A DNA stretch of 64,000 nucleotides from Paraspadella gotoi. Taxonomy: Eukaryota > Animalia > Chaetognatha. The notes under the pieces were generated by a model. The model had not been told where the DNA came from, did not search any database, and worked only from the letters and a program-made list of their open reading frames with translations. The position numbers and the translations under genes were made by a program. The stretch lies in contig CM119265.1 of the NCBI GenBank assembly GCA_051294375.1, positions 13,942,124-14,006,123 of the forward strand, read 5' to 3'. This document shows positions 38,360-48,613 of this stretch, piece after piece (position 1 is the stretch's first letter; the number at the start of each line of letters is the position of its first letter).

Positions 38360-39746
38360 AAAATAAAGATAAAGAGAAGCTGAACAGCCGCTGCAGAGCT
38401 TAACTCGTTTTTAAATGAATCAAAAGAAGCAGCAACCAAAAAAAAAAGAGAGAGAGAGCGTTTTGTAAATAAAGCAAACAAATGAGTGGAAGAATATGAA
38501 ACATAACAATTTAAAAGACCTCAATGATGAGAACCCATATCTAAATTTTTAGCTTCTTATGTTATGGTTACACACTTGAGCTATTTTCAATGTTAAAACA
38601 GAGTGACAAGGACGGCACAAAGAAGCAATACTAAATGGTTATCAACGCCCAAGACGCGTCTGGCGAAATAAAAATGGACACGAATCTCAACCGTATTTAA
38701 TTTAAAAAGACATCGTACCAGGATCTTCCGTCGCACCAGCCGGCAAATTCATCGTGCTTAGGATAGTTTGCAGGTCTGAAAGTTGAATAGCGTTTGAGGG
38801 AGTGGCGGAAGCTCTGACCGCGGAGGTCGTCGTTGCGGTTGGGCCAGCGTTCGATGAAGTCGGTTGAGCGGCCGGGGTCGTCGTCGCGGTCGTCGTCGCT
38901 AAAGACGTCGGCGCTGACGTAGGAGCCGTGGATCGCGTGGCAGAAGCCGAAGGCGGTGTAGAGGCGCCGAGTGACCCGCCGGTAGAAGGCCTCGATGATC
39001 CACTTCCTCCAAGTAGCCCGGGCAATCCGTTGAGGGCCAGTCCGCCAGAAGCCAGCAACTGCATTAATTGCTGCTGCGACATGTTACCAAGGAGCGATTG
39101 CAAATCTGCTCCCATGCGAGACTCCCCCAGGCTGTCCAGGTCACCCAAACCACCGAGTGCACCGCCGCCAGCACCGCGTGAACCTGGAGCCGGGGGGTTA
39201 TTGAGCAAGTCGTTCACTTTGTTGCAGAGCTCCGCATCTTTGTCAGATTTGGGTTCCTTGATGAAAGTTGGTTAGGTCAGAGATGTGACTTTACATAAAA
39301 CCTCTAAATAATACAGTATATGCAAGCAGGTTAAAGCACCTGCATCCAAAAAAAGAACTTTCTGCTTGAGGCCTTAAATTTAAGAACGTATATGCGATCG
39401 GAACGAGCAGTAGAAAGCCGTGCAGGAGGGATATGTTTGAACATAACATCTTCGGGAAATATAATAAGGTCATCGACGACTTCACCAGTGGAGCGATCCT
39501 TCCAGCAGAAATGCATCAATGAGTCATCTAAAAATATAAGAAAGACATTTTTAAGTAACGAAATTGACTGAGGAATGCATTTTATGTACATATGGATTTC
39601 TTACCCGATTGATACACATAAATTTGGCCTTTTCTTTTATCAGCATGAACCATATTGCCTGGTTTCAGAAACATCTTGCCGGCTTTAAATTCGACGAGGT
39701 ACTGGCTGCTAGCACGGCCAGTGGCTGTCCCTCCAAACAAAGACAT
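36768..39746 (-). CDS. ADRM1: Proteasomal ubiquitin receptor Rpn13; multi-exon
   Basis: [51 protein letters not shown]...SGQLGPLM. Confidence 0.95.
37580..38380. repeat. Intronic minisatellite (~23 bp GATGTAATAGTAATTGATTGATT and ~21 bp GATGATAACCAAATGATT-type units) followed by a GA-rich tract
   Basis: Tandem periodicity visible directly. Confidence 0.9.
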
Positions 39747-39992
39747 TTCGACGTTTGGCTAATGAATTTCTAAACTGTAATAGTCAAAAAATTTAAACCA
39801 TTAAAATAAAAATAACTAATGATTTTGAGTACGTGTATAATCATAACGAAATAATCATCAAAACCAAAAATTGATCTTTTAAATAATTTCCAAATACTAG
39901 CAGTAATGTGCAAAAAAACCACGCCACTTTATATCAGCATTTAAAAATTACCCTGAATGTTTTATTTTTTTTTTTAATTTTAAAAATAAAAT

Positions 39993-40079
39993 GAATTGAC
40001 AAAGTTTTTGTTTGCAACGAATTTTATTTATAGTTCAACTATAAATAAAATTCGTTGCAAACAAAAACTTTGTCAATTC
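39993..40079. repeat. Perfect palindrome, 43-bp arms, 1-nt centre
   Basis: 39993-40035 is the exact reverse complement of 40037-40079. Confidence 0.9.
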
Positions 40080-40663
40080 TCTAATTAATAGTAACAACGA
40101 AAAAGAAAGGATTACTTCAAAAATAAAATGAAAATTTAACAAAATTAAAATTTATTAAAATCGGGCTATCTGTTTGGAAGCACTGACTTTTTAAAATAAA
40201 GTACTCCACAGCAAAGCTAAACGTCCAAAAATTTTTATTCATTGAGGACTAATCGTCTTTTTTCTGATATTTTATGTTTTTTTGTAATAGATTAAAAATG
40301 AAAAAAATACAAAGGAAATACGGAAGGATAGCTGGATTTGACCCAGATCCTTAAATAATAATTTCAAAATTATTAAAAAATAAGATGAATGACAGCATCG
40401 CAGGAGAATCAACCTAATGACAGGTCAATTAAAGCTTTTGAATAATATTCAATTTTCCCTTCTTGATTTGAAATACTCAAGTATAAAAAAATCATCTCTT
40501 AACAGCTAAACCGATTTTGATAAAACTTTTTAAAAATATTTTATTAAGCATCTGAAATTTAAAGTTATAGAGTGGCGAGCTTTTTTTGTGCACATGAGTA
40601 TAGTTTAAAAATAAAAGGTCATTTCCACCAATAGATTTCCAAAACTGTAAAATCAATTATTGA

Positions 40664-42244
40664 TTAAAAAATAAATTTTATCAAAATCATTAAAGCATAA
40701 ATCCCACCAACGATCGCCACAAGCAAAGCCACCAAGATAGAAATCAAGGTTCTCCTCCATTTTGCTACGGTTGTGGAGTAAACTACCTCAGGATGACCCT
40801 CAATCACGCCTGTTCCGTAGGCCTTCACGACTCCTCGATGAACCTTGGCATAGATGTGACTCAATGGATCAAGAATCTCTCCATCGCAGGCAACAGCGCA
40901 AGGAACTTTCAATTTAATGCGAGCTTCTCTCGCGCATTCTCTTACCCAATGAGGTGGCTTAGTACTACTACTCTTAACCATATCCGAGTACCAAATCCAA
41001 AGAAACTTCAATAAAACGCGAAAGCTCCAATAGGTCGACGCGTATACCATAAAAGAACCTTCGCGAAAGTGCGATTCGTAGCTAGAATCTTTCATTCCCT
41101 TAACTTGGTGCCTGCTCTTCTGATTAAATCCTCCGAGTTGATTCACTTTATTTGCATCATAAAGCGATAAGGGAGCCCAGTCGTTACGTAAAAAATCATC
41201 CGGACCATCAGGAGCCTTGCAAGAAGGACAATTTCCAAGTTTTCCCCCCTCTTCCTTCGACTCGCAGGCGGATCCAAGATAACGACCGCGTTTATATTCC
41301 ACCCTGTGAAAGGGAACGGGTTTCATCGAGAACAAAAGCATGACTAAGAAAATTAAATATCGGAAGGGTCCAAGAAATCGTAGACGCTCCAACTTTTTGG
41401 CCTCGTCGACGAAAAAACCCACTTGAAACAACAGGTGACAAATTTTCAAAAATTTGTAGCCTTGGTCGACATCATGGACAGAAATCAAATCAAAGTCACG
41501 ACAATTCCCGAGGATCATATTGACAACGCAGGACTGTACATCGTGAGTCATGTTAAGATTTAACGATGTCCCGTTGCCTGATCCAGTGGGAAGAATTCCG
41601 ACGGGAACGTCTACAGAAACCATTTCGGGATCTTCCTTATTTAAGTTGATGCCGTTATCCCTCTGAACGCTCCGGAGAACGCCCCCAAAAACGGCGGCGT
41701 GAGTTCCATCACCGCCGCAGGATAAGACGCCGTCGAAGTCGGACAATCGCGATGCCAAGATGACCTTTTCGATATCATCGCCAGCTCGAATATTGACTCT
41801 TTCAGTCGCAACGTTTGCAAGTTTAAACAGGGGATCTGCAATTCGATCGTAAACTTGAAGGCCTTTGCCCCAGCCGGCTCGAGGATTAAGAACGGCCAAA
41901 AGCTTTTTCGGTTTTTTCGAAATGGCCGCCACGCTGTCGATTCCCGCCTGCAACTGGACAAAAACCTCTTCACGTTGGTGAGCGGTTGAAAAGGAGAGTA
42001 TAGTTTCAATCAGGTCGAAGTTATAAAACTTATGGGGATTTCGCGAAACATGATGCAAAAAGATTCGGTCGCGCTCGTTCAGTTCCAACTTCAATATCCA
42101 AAGATATGGAATTGACAAATTTTGCTCACTCAAATAAAAAAAACAAGAGTCGCCACTGCTGCAATAAGAAGCTTCTCCATCAAGAAACAAAGTTTGTTTT
42201 TTTGTTTCCAAATTTTGGATGCTAGACTTTATGTGAATTTTCAT
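40664..42244 (-). CDS. Ceramide kinase-like (DAGK catalytic family) protein; single ORF with C-terminal hydrophobic helix
   Basis: KKLLAVLNPRAGWGKG, FDGVLSCGGDGT, GILPTGSGN, LGPFRY, ACDGE; tail LISILVALLVAIVGGIYALMILI. Confidence 0.8.
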   Translation of the reverse strand: MKIHIKSSIQNLETKKQTLFLDGEASYCSSGDSCFFYLSEQNLSIPYLWILKLELNERDRIFLHHVSRNPHKFYNFDLIETILSFSTAHQREEVFVQLQAGIDSVAAISKKPKKLLAVLNPRAGWGKGLQVYDRIADPLFKLANVATERVNIRAGDDIEKVILASRLSDFDGVLSCGGDGTHAAVFGGVLRSVQRDNGINLNKEDPEMVSVDVPVGILPTGSGNGTSLNLNMTHDVQSCVVNMILGNCRDFDLISVHDVDQGYKFLKICHLLFQVGFFVDEAKKLERLRFLGPFRYLIFLVMLLFSMKPVPFHRVEYKRGRYLGSACESKEEGGKLGNCPSCKAPDGPDDFLRNDWAPLSLYDANKVNQLGGFNQKSRHQVKGMKDSSYESHFREGSFMVYASTYWSFRVLLKFLWIWYSDMVKSSSTKPPHWVRECAREARIKLKVPCAVACDGEILDPLSHIYAKVHRGVVKAYGTGVIEGHPEVVYSTTVAKWRRTLISILVALLVAIVGGIYALMILIKFIF

Positions 42245-42668
42245 CTTAACCCTTTCAGCCCCTTTGGGTATAAATACCTAGTTGATCAAGGAAGTTCTAG
42301 GTTTTTAAAAATAGTTTACCTAAAGGCAATCTAGATTTCTGCAAATCTAGTAAACTTATTAATACTGTATATAATGTACATTATAAAAAATCAGATTTCA
42401 GAGTGTTCAAAGCAAAATAAAGGATTCAAACATCGCCATTGATTTTCGTTTCTTACATATATTACGCAACATGCGGACTCAAGTCAAGAAGAGGTCAACT
42501 CAGTCAAGCAACTGTAAAATATAGAAATGATGTTACTTAAGGAAAGTACTCAAAAAATGAATATAGCCCACTAACCATCTACCACAACAAAGTATTAATC
42601 ATAACCGTATATACAGAGTGTCTCAAGCGTACTGTCACTTTACNNNNNNNNNNNNNNNNNNNNNNNNN

Positions 42669-43200
42669 AAAAAGCGAGAGATGCTTTTACGCTTTCATGT
42701 TGTACTGACAGTGAAACGCCGGAGTTTGCGAAATCAAGTTAGTAACTTATTTACAATCTAAAAAAAAAGTTTTTGCAGTTTGTCTCTTTACATGACAACT
42801 ATTGTTAATATTTTTTTATTTCAGCGTTTCTACCCTCTTAACAGAGTTTCGGCATCACGTTGCACGATTGGCCATTTTCCAGATCAATTGTTGTTGAAGG
42901 ACGCTAAACGGAAGGCGTCTGAGTTAGAAGTATTTTCAGGGGGTAGCGCGGCGTCCATGAGGCGACAATGCATCACGGCTCGCTAAAAGATAGGCATTAG
43001 ATCAAAAGGTGGGGCGAGGAACATTCATCAGAAAATATTTTGAAGGAATGGAAGCTTTGCACCCTTCGATACGAATGAGCCAAGAGGAGGGTCACTACGA
43101 AAGTTAAAAGAGATGGCGGGCAAACGTCAAACAAAGACACAATGGCGTTCTTGAACAATTTTTCAAAAACATCGAACTATGCCCTGCGCTGTTTGTTGGT
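42669..43200 (+). CDS. MSH2: MutS homolog 2, 3' end; indel-rich sequence
   Basis: Frameshift-tolerant reading gives SFGI(H)VARLA(H)FP...DAKRKASELE...GEEFIRKYF...PFD.MSQEE, resembling the MSH2 C-terminus. Confidence 0.65.
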
Positions 43201-43420
43201 TGTAGTTTTTATTCAAAAAACTTTACAGTTTTATTACACATTATTGAATTTTTTTTTCCAGTATTCGTATTAAGAGAAGGTTTATCTTTATTTTTTTTAT
43301 AAAATTGTTCTGAACTCTGAGTGAGTGAGCGGTAAGCAGCGAGTTTTGGCTCTCAAATCTATGTTAAATGATTGAAATTATTTTAAAATTTGGTTATTTC
43401 TTTTCTACAGACTAGACACT

Positions 43421-44346
43421 ATGAGATTTGCAGCCATGAGATTCGGCCGCTCTCATTGGTCCTGCTCACACCCATTCTAGGGCCTCGAGCTGGGGGCTTT
43501 TGAAACTTCTCTAACGTAGTTACCAGAAACTTTTCGCAATGTCAACTAGTCTTTTCTGAAATTTGGATGACCGAATCTAACAGAGACTCCCGTGTTTGGG
43601 CGTAATCGTCGCACGGTCTCCTTCATTGAGTTGTTTCCTCTGCCCCTTTTGCCGAGCTTCAACCTTCCGCCGCATACTGGGCGCCAGTTCGCATGCGCTT
43701 ATTGCAATGCGGAATCTTCTTCCCGAGTTATGTCTTCTTTTGCCCGAAATGTGACTCGGTTCTCCCGGCTGACAGATCCAGGAGTTACTTTGATGTCGTC
43801 AACTCTCTCCCGCGACGTAATTATTCAATATGATGTTAAGTGAAAAATGGATGTTTAATCTGTCTCTCAACAAATTTTTCACAGTTACGATGTAGACGTT
43901 AAGCCTTAACCCTTCACAAGCGCCATCTTCTTAGAAAATTACATCCGGATAAATTCGCGCTCTCGTCCCCGGATGAATTGAAGAGAGCCGCCGACCAAGC
44001 GCTGTCATTAACGAACGCCGCCGCCCAGTTAACGAATCCATACAAACGCGGGTGCTACCTACTGCAACTGCGGCGGCGCTCCCATCAGCGAAGGTACTCG
44101 CTCTGATTTGGGCCAAGAGTTTTCTTCTCGAAATGATGGAACTTAATGAGAATGTGGAGGGTTTAAGCAGTGCGGAAGACACGGAGCGAATGTGCCAGGA
44201 ACTCGCGAGATCGTGGCCGTCATGAAAAGGAATTGAACCGAGCCTTTTCCGGTGGTAACATTGACAATGCAAAACAGATTTTGGAAAAAATGAAATTTTA
44301 TATCAACCTGGAGGAAAAGTGTCGTGAATTGCTCACGAAGTTTTAA
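43421..44346 (+). CDS. HSCB: Fe-S co-chaperone Hsc20; 2 exons, indel-rich
   Basis: CAYC...FFCPKC zinc motif, SYFDV, RKLHPDKF, NPYKRGCYLLQL, FLLEMMELNE, KMKFYINLEEK. Confidence 0.85.
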
Positions 44347-44496
44347 TTAAATGCTTACTTTTCTTTTGTTATGGATTTTTATATTTGTTTTTCACTATTT
44401 GTTAAAATTTTTTTCACGCTTTCTCTGGTTTGTATTCGAGTTACACTCCGCAGTGAAGATGATCTGAAACTTGTTGACTACTAAATAGAACTTACA

Positions 44497-45507
44497 ATGC
44501 TGCAGCTGGATCGTCTTGCCTCAGAGTCACCGCCGTGCTCCCGGCCGGTGGAAGCGGTTTCTAGGCTAGAAAACCCTAAAACCCAACAGTTTATCGAAGT
44601 GGATGGACGGCCAATTTATTCTTACGCTCTGGAAACATTTGTCCGACACTCTTGGATCCAACGGTTGGGATTTTTTTTTCTGAGTACTGAGAATTGAAAT
44701 TTACCAAATTTATATATACTGAACCCTCGTTCAGCGTTGCCCTCGTGATTCCTCCATCTTATCGAGTCGAAGTTCGGGAATTCATCGATGCCAAAATTGA
44801 TGACAGTTTTGACTCTGACTCTGACTCGTACGTTTATCGAAAAGTTATTCTCGTCGACGCTGCAGAGACGCGCCATCGTTCCATTCGTAATGGAATTGCT
44901 GCGTTACGAAAATCTATCGATAATGAATCGTTAAGTGCGAGGAATCGGACGCTCCCAGCAGTGCCTCTTTAAGGCATCAACTTCGACCTTTCAAACTTAT
45001 ACAAGACATCGTTGTTATTCACGACGCCGTCCGCCCATTTCTTGATAATTCAACTTGGGAACGGGTATAAATGCCGGCTGGGATGTTATGGCGCAGCAGG
45101 AACAGTTCGACCCTCGTCTCCACACGTAAGTGCGTCCCGAAAAGAAGGTTTCCTGGCCGAAACTCTCGTCGCGTGCGGATCATTGCGCTTCGGAGATGCG
45201 GCAGGTGCTAGGTGGCGGTCTTGATTAATTGAAACTAAACATTGAAATAAAAATTAGGTTTATTGCATTTGTATAAATGTGCTATTTTTTATTTAGGCTT
45301 TTATTTTCCCATGATACTCAACGCCTATGAGGCCTGTTCTGTCGAAGATCTTGACTTAGGAACTGAAATGTCTGGAAGTGGCGCGAAAAATACGGTGGGG
45401 CTCGCCCTTTTTGGTGGAGGGAGGTGAAAACCTGTGGAAAAGTAACTTATGCCAAAGACGTGGAGGCAATGGCCAATCAAATCGAGCGAGAAAAAAAAAG
45501 AATTTAA
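44497..45507 (+). CDS. CRPPA: CDP-ribitol pyrophosphorylase (ISPD); indel-rich
   Basis: AVLPAGGSG.R, QFIEVDGRPI, ETRHRSIRNGI, IVVIHDAVRPF, GTECL, LWKVTY.KD. Confidence 0.85.
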
Positions 45508-45768
45508 AAGTAACTAGTGTAAAAACCGATTGAATGATTGAAACTTTGTTTATATGCAAGATTAGGAACAATAACGAAATAATAGCGATTGTTACTTTCC
45601 GTCTCATTTTCGTTGTTAAGTGCCTTCGTTAATTAAATGTTACAATTTTATTATATTAATTTTACGGTTTTTTCCACGGTTTCTCTTGTAGTTTATTTTT
45701 TACAAATCATTTATACTTAGTTTTTTATTTGAAATTTTTTATACAGATTTTAATTTTACAAAAATACC

Positions 45769-46013
45769 ATGGAGTTGTCGATCTTTAAAGCCAAGTTGAC
45801 GGCTTCTTTCGATCCTCTACATCTTGAATTGGATGATTTGTCTGATGGTTGCGGCGCAAAGTGGAACGTCATCGTCGTCTCTGACAAGTTCGATGGAGTC
45901 CCTTTAAAAGACAGGCATCGCCTCGTATATTCGACGCTGAACAAGAAATGGGTGGCATCCATGCACTAACCATGAAAACTTGGACAAAAGAACAATGGGA
46001 AAACAAAAAATAA
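45769..46013 (+). CDS. BOLA2: BolA-like protein 2; one apparent 1-nt indel
   Basis: DLSDGCGAKW.V.VVSDKFDG...RHRLV...IHALTMKTWT.EQW. Confidence 0.88.
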
Positions 46014-46119
46014 ATATCTTTAAAATGACAATTTTGTTTTTGACAATAAAACGGCCATGATTTGGGGTTTATTGTTGCTTTTGTTTACTCCGGTGTAGCT
46101 TGTGTTTTGATAAGGAAAT

Positions 46120-46704
46120 ATGGCGTCGTCTCTCTATCGGGCGTCGTGGGAGCCGTGGACAAATTCGTCCCGATGCAATTGAGGGGAGTCTGGGAGCATC
46201 CTGCTGGCCCAAAAACAGTCTTTTCTGGGCGCAATGATGAACAGGTGCTTGGTGATTGCCGGGGTAGCTGACATCGCTAGACCTGCGGACAAACTTAGTC
46301 TCACACAAAGGTTGTTTACCCATTTCTTACCAGATTTGACTTTATGATGACGCTCGCTTAATTGACTTTTTCGAGCAGCGGAGCGCTCGCCGCTACCGGA
46401 ATTATCTGGTCCCGAATCTCCATGGTCATCATCCCCAAAAATTGGAATTTGTTTCCGTCAACATTTTCGTAGGCGGCGACCGGACTTTACCAGTTTGGGT
46501 AGAATTTACAATTACCGTAGCCAATTGAAAAAACAATTAACGTTTGAAAAAACACTTTTGGATAGTCCTCACTCTAGTGGGTTGTCCTTGCCCGCTGCTA
46601 ACGACAGCCTTTCGAGAAAATCTAAAGATTTTAATAACAGATACATTTTCTACGAAAATGCTGGTCTAATAGTACGAAAGCATTTTTTTTCGGACGCAAA
46701 ATGA
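46120..46704 (+). CDS. MPC2: Mitochondrial pyruvate carrier 2; indel-rich, 3' end uncertain
   Basis: WEHPAGPKTVF, LVIAGVADIARPADKLS, ATGIIWSRISMVIIPKNWNLF. Confidence 0.88.
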
Positions 46705-47382
46705 AAGTAAAAAATTAATTGTTTTCTACGTCCATTGCAAAGAGTCGTTTATTCCATCCCAATACATTTTTTTGTCACAAAGAAAAGTAGTTTCCTCAAT
46801 GAAAAGCAGAATATATGCTTAATTAGGCCATTCTATTACGGAGGGTAGGAGAAATCGCCGCAACCATCCCGTACTTCGTACTGCTAAGGGCTTGAAGATA
46901 AAAATATTTTTTTCTCATACGGAGAATACGGTAGATCGATTTTAGATTTGGATTTAAAATCATTTTATATACTTTTCATTAATAACAAAAAAATTGAAAA
47001 TAAATTAATAATTTCTTTCTATGAGTTTGCTTCAAATAAAAATATTTTTTACATATATTACATAATATAAATATATAATATAGGCCGTTTTTCGCGGTGG
47101 GTAAATGTGATGGTCACCAGTATATGCGTTTGTTTATTTATTCCATGTTAAATTGATTTGTTACTTCTCAGTAGACATAGAGGTACATATATTTTTAGCG
47201 TTGTATTTCAAGATACATAATTTATCTTTGGAGCAACATATTTATAGTTTAATTTTTGGGAATGAATTGCTTACTAGTCAACTATTTTCAGAACTATCAT
47301 TTAATGTCTACCAAGGTTTTGGTTGAAGTTTTTTAGGTTTAGATACGTCAAACAAACGGTGTGTTTGAAAAACTTAGACAAC

Positions 47383-48183
47383 ATGGGATTGTTTGGCAAA
47401 TCGTCAGGCCGAGATCCAAAAGAACAAGTTCGCGAGTGGAATTCCAAACTTCGCAAAGAACAGAATCACATCGAGCGGCAAGTCCGCCAAATCCAACGGG
47501 AAGAAGCAAAGTCGCTCTGTACCTTCGTCAGGCAGCGAAAAAGGGTGACAAGGACGTTTGCAAAAGTGCTGGCCAAGGAAGTCATCAATTCTCGAAAAGC
47601 CGTGAAGAAGATGTACGCTTCCAAGGCGCACATTAATTCCATTCAGATGCAGATGCAGAACCAGTTGTCCGTTGTCAAGGTGACCGGCGCATTGGAGAAG
47701 AGCACCGCCGTCATGCAGGTCCATGCAAAGACTCATTAAAATTCCAGAAATACAAGCAACGATGCAGGAAATGTCAAAGGAGGTGCGCAGCCCTGATTTC
47801 TACATTTATCCGTTGATCATCCATTAATTCTTTATTCGCTTATAAATTTTCATATTTTCGCAAGATGATGAAAAGCCGGAATCATCGAAGATGCTTGAAG
47901 ATACCATGAAGGCCTTGATGATGAAGAGCTCGAAGAAGCCGCGCTGATTCGGAGGTCGAAAAAGTTTGTGGGAATTGACCAAAGGTTAAAATTAGGTTGA
48001 AGAATTTTTTTTGCAATATGAGCGGGTTTTTCTAAACCTTCGTCGAATTCAGGTCAGTTTGGAGAAGCTCCCGACGCTGTGGGCGACACGCTTCCCGCGT
48101 TATCCCTTCCCGCCACGGCCGATCCGGATGAGAGGAGGAACGTAGGAGCAATGGCGGCAAGATTGGATGCACTCAGAAGTTAA
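47383..48183 (+). CDS. CHMP3: ESCRT-III subunit Vps24; indel-rich
   Basis: MGLFGK...DPKEQVREW, KMYASKAHINS, GALEKSTAVM, MQEMSKEMMK, terminal MAARLDALRS*. Confidence 0.9.
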
Positions 48184-48613
48184 TGGGTTTTCCACTGGAC
48201 ACCCTCCTGTACATGTTAATATAACCTTTCTTTTCACCTTTTTCTTTTGGTTATTTTTTTCTTATTTACCAGTGTGGCTATCTTTCTTATCTACTCTATC
48301 TAGTCTAGATTTTCGCCTTCAATGGAGTAAAATAATGAATAAATCGCTTAATAAATATCGTTGTAACTTTTTTGTCCTGAAAAAAAAAACTTCTGTTAAT
48401 TTGTAGGTTTTTTGTCATAAATTTTCTATTCCACTGTGCCTATTTTTGATAAAAGTTACAAAAAAAGGTAATTTTTTGGCTGTTGCAAAAACAACGCGTG
48501 GCCTTGATCGCGCGAAGATCTATTATCTTATTTATTTAAGCCAAATATTTTACTATACGACATGACAGTCTTTCCATGGGTTTTAGGTACTAGTTAACCT
48601 GTGAACTCAAATA

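Noticed and set aside
37580-38481. CRISPR-like array, or the 154-aa and 119-aa ORFs
   Set aside because: Tandem minisatellite and microsatellite with no unique spacers; eukaryotic intron.
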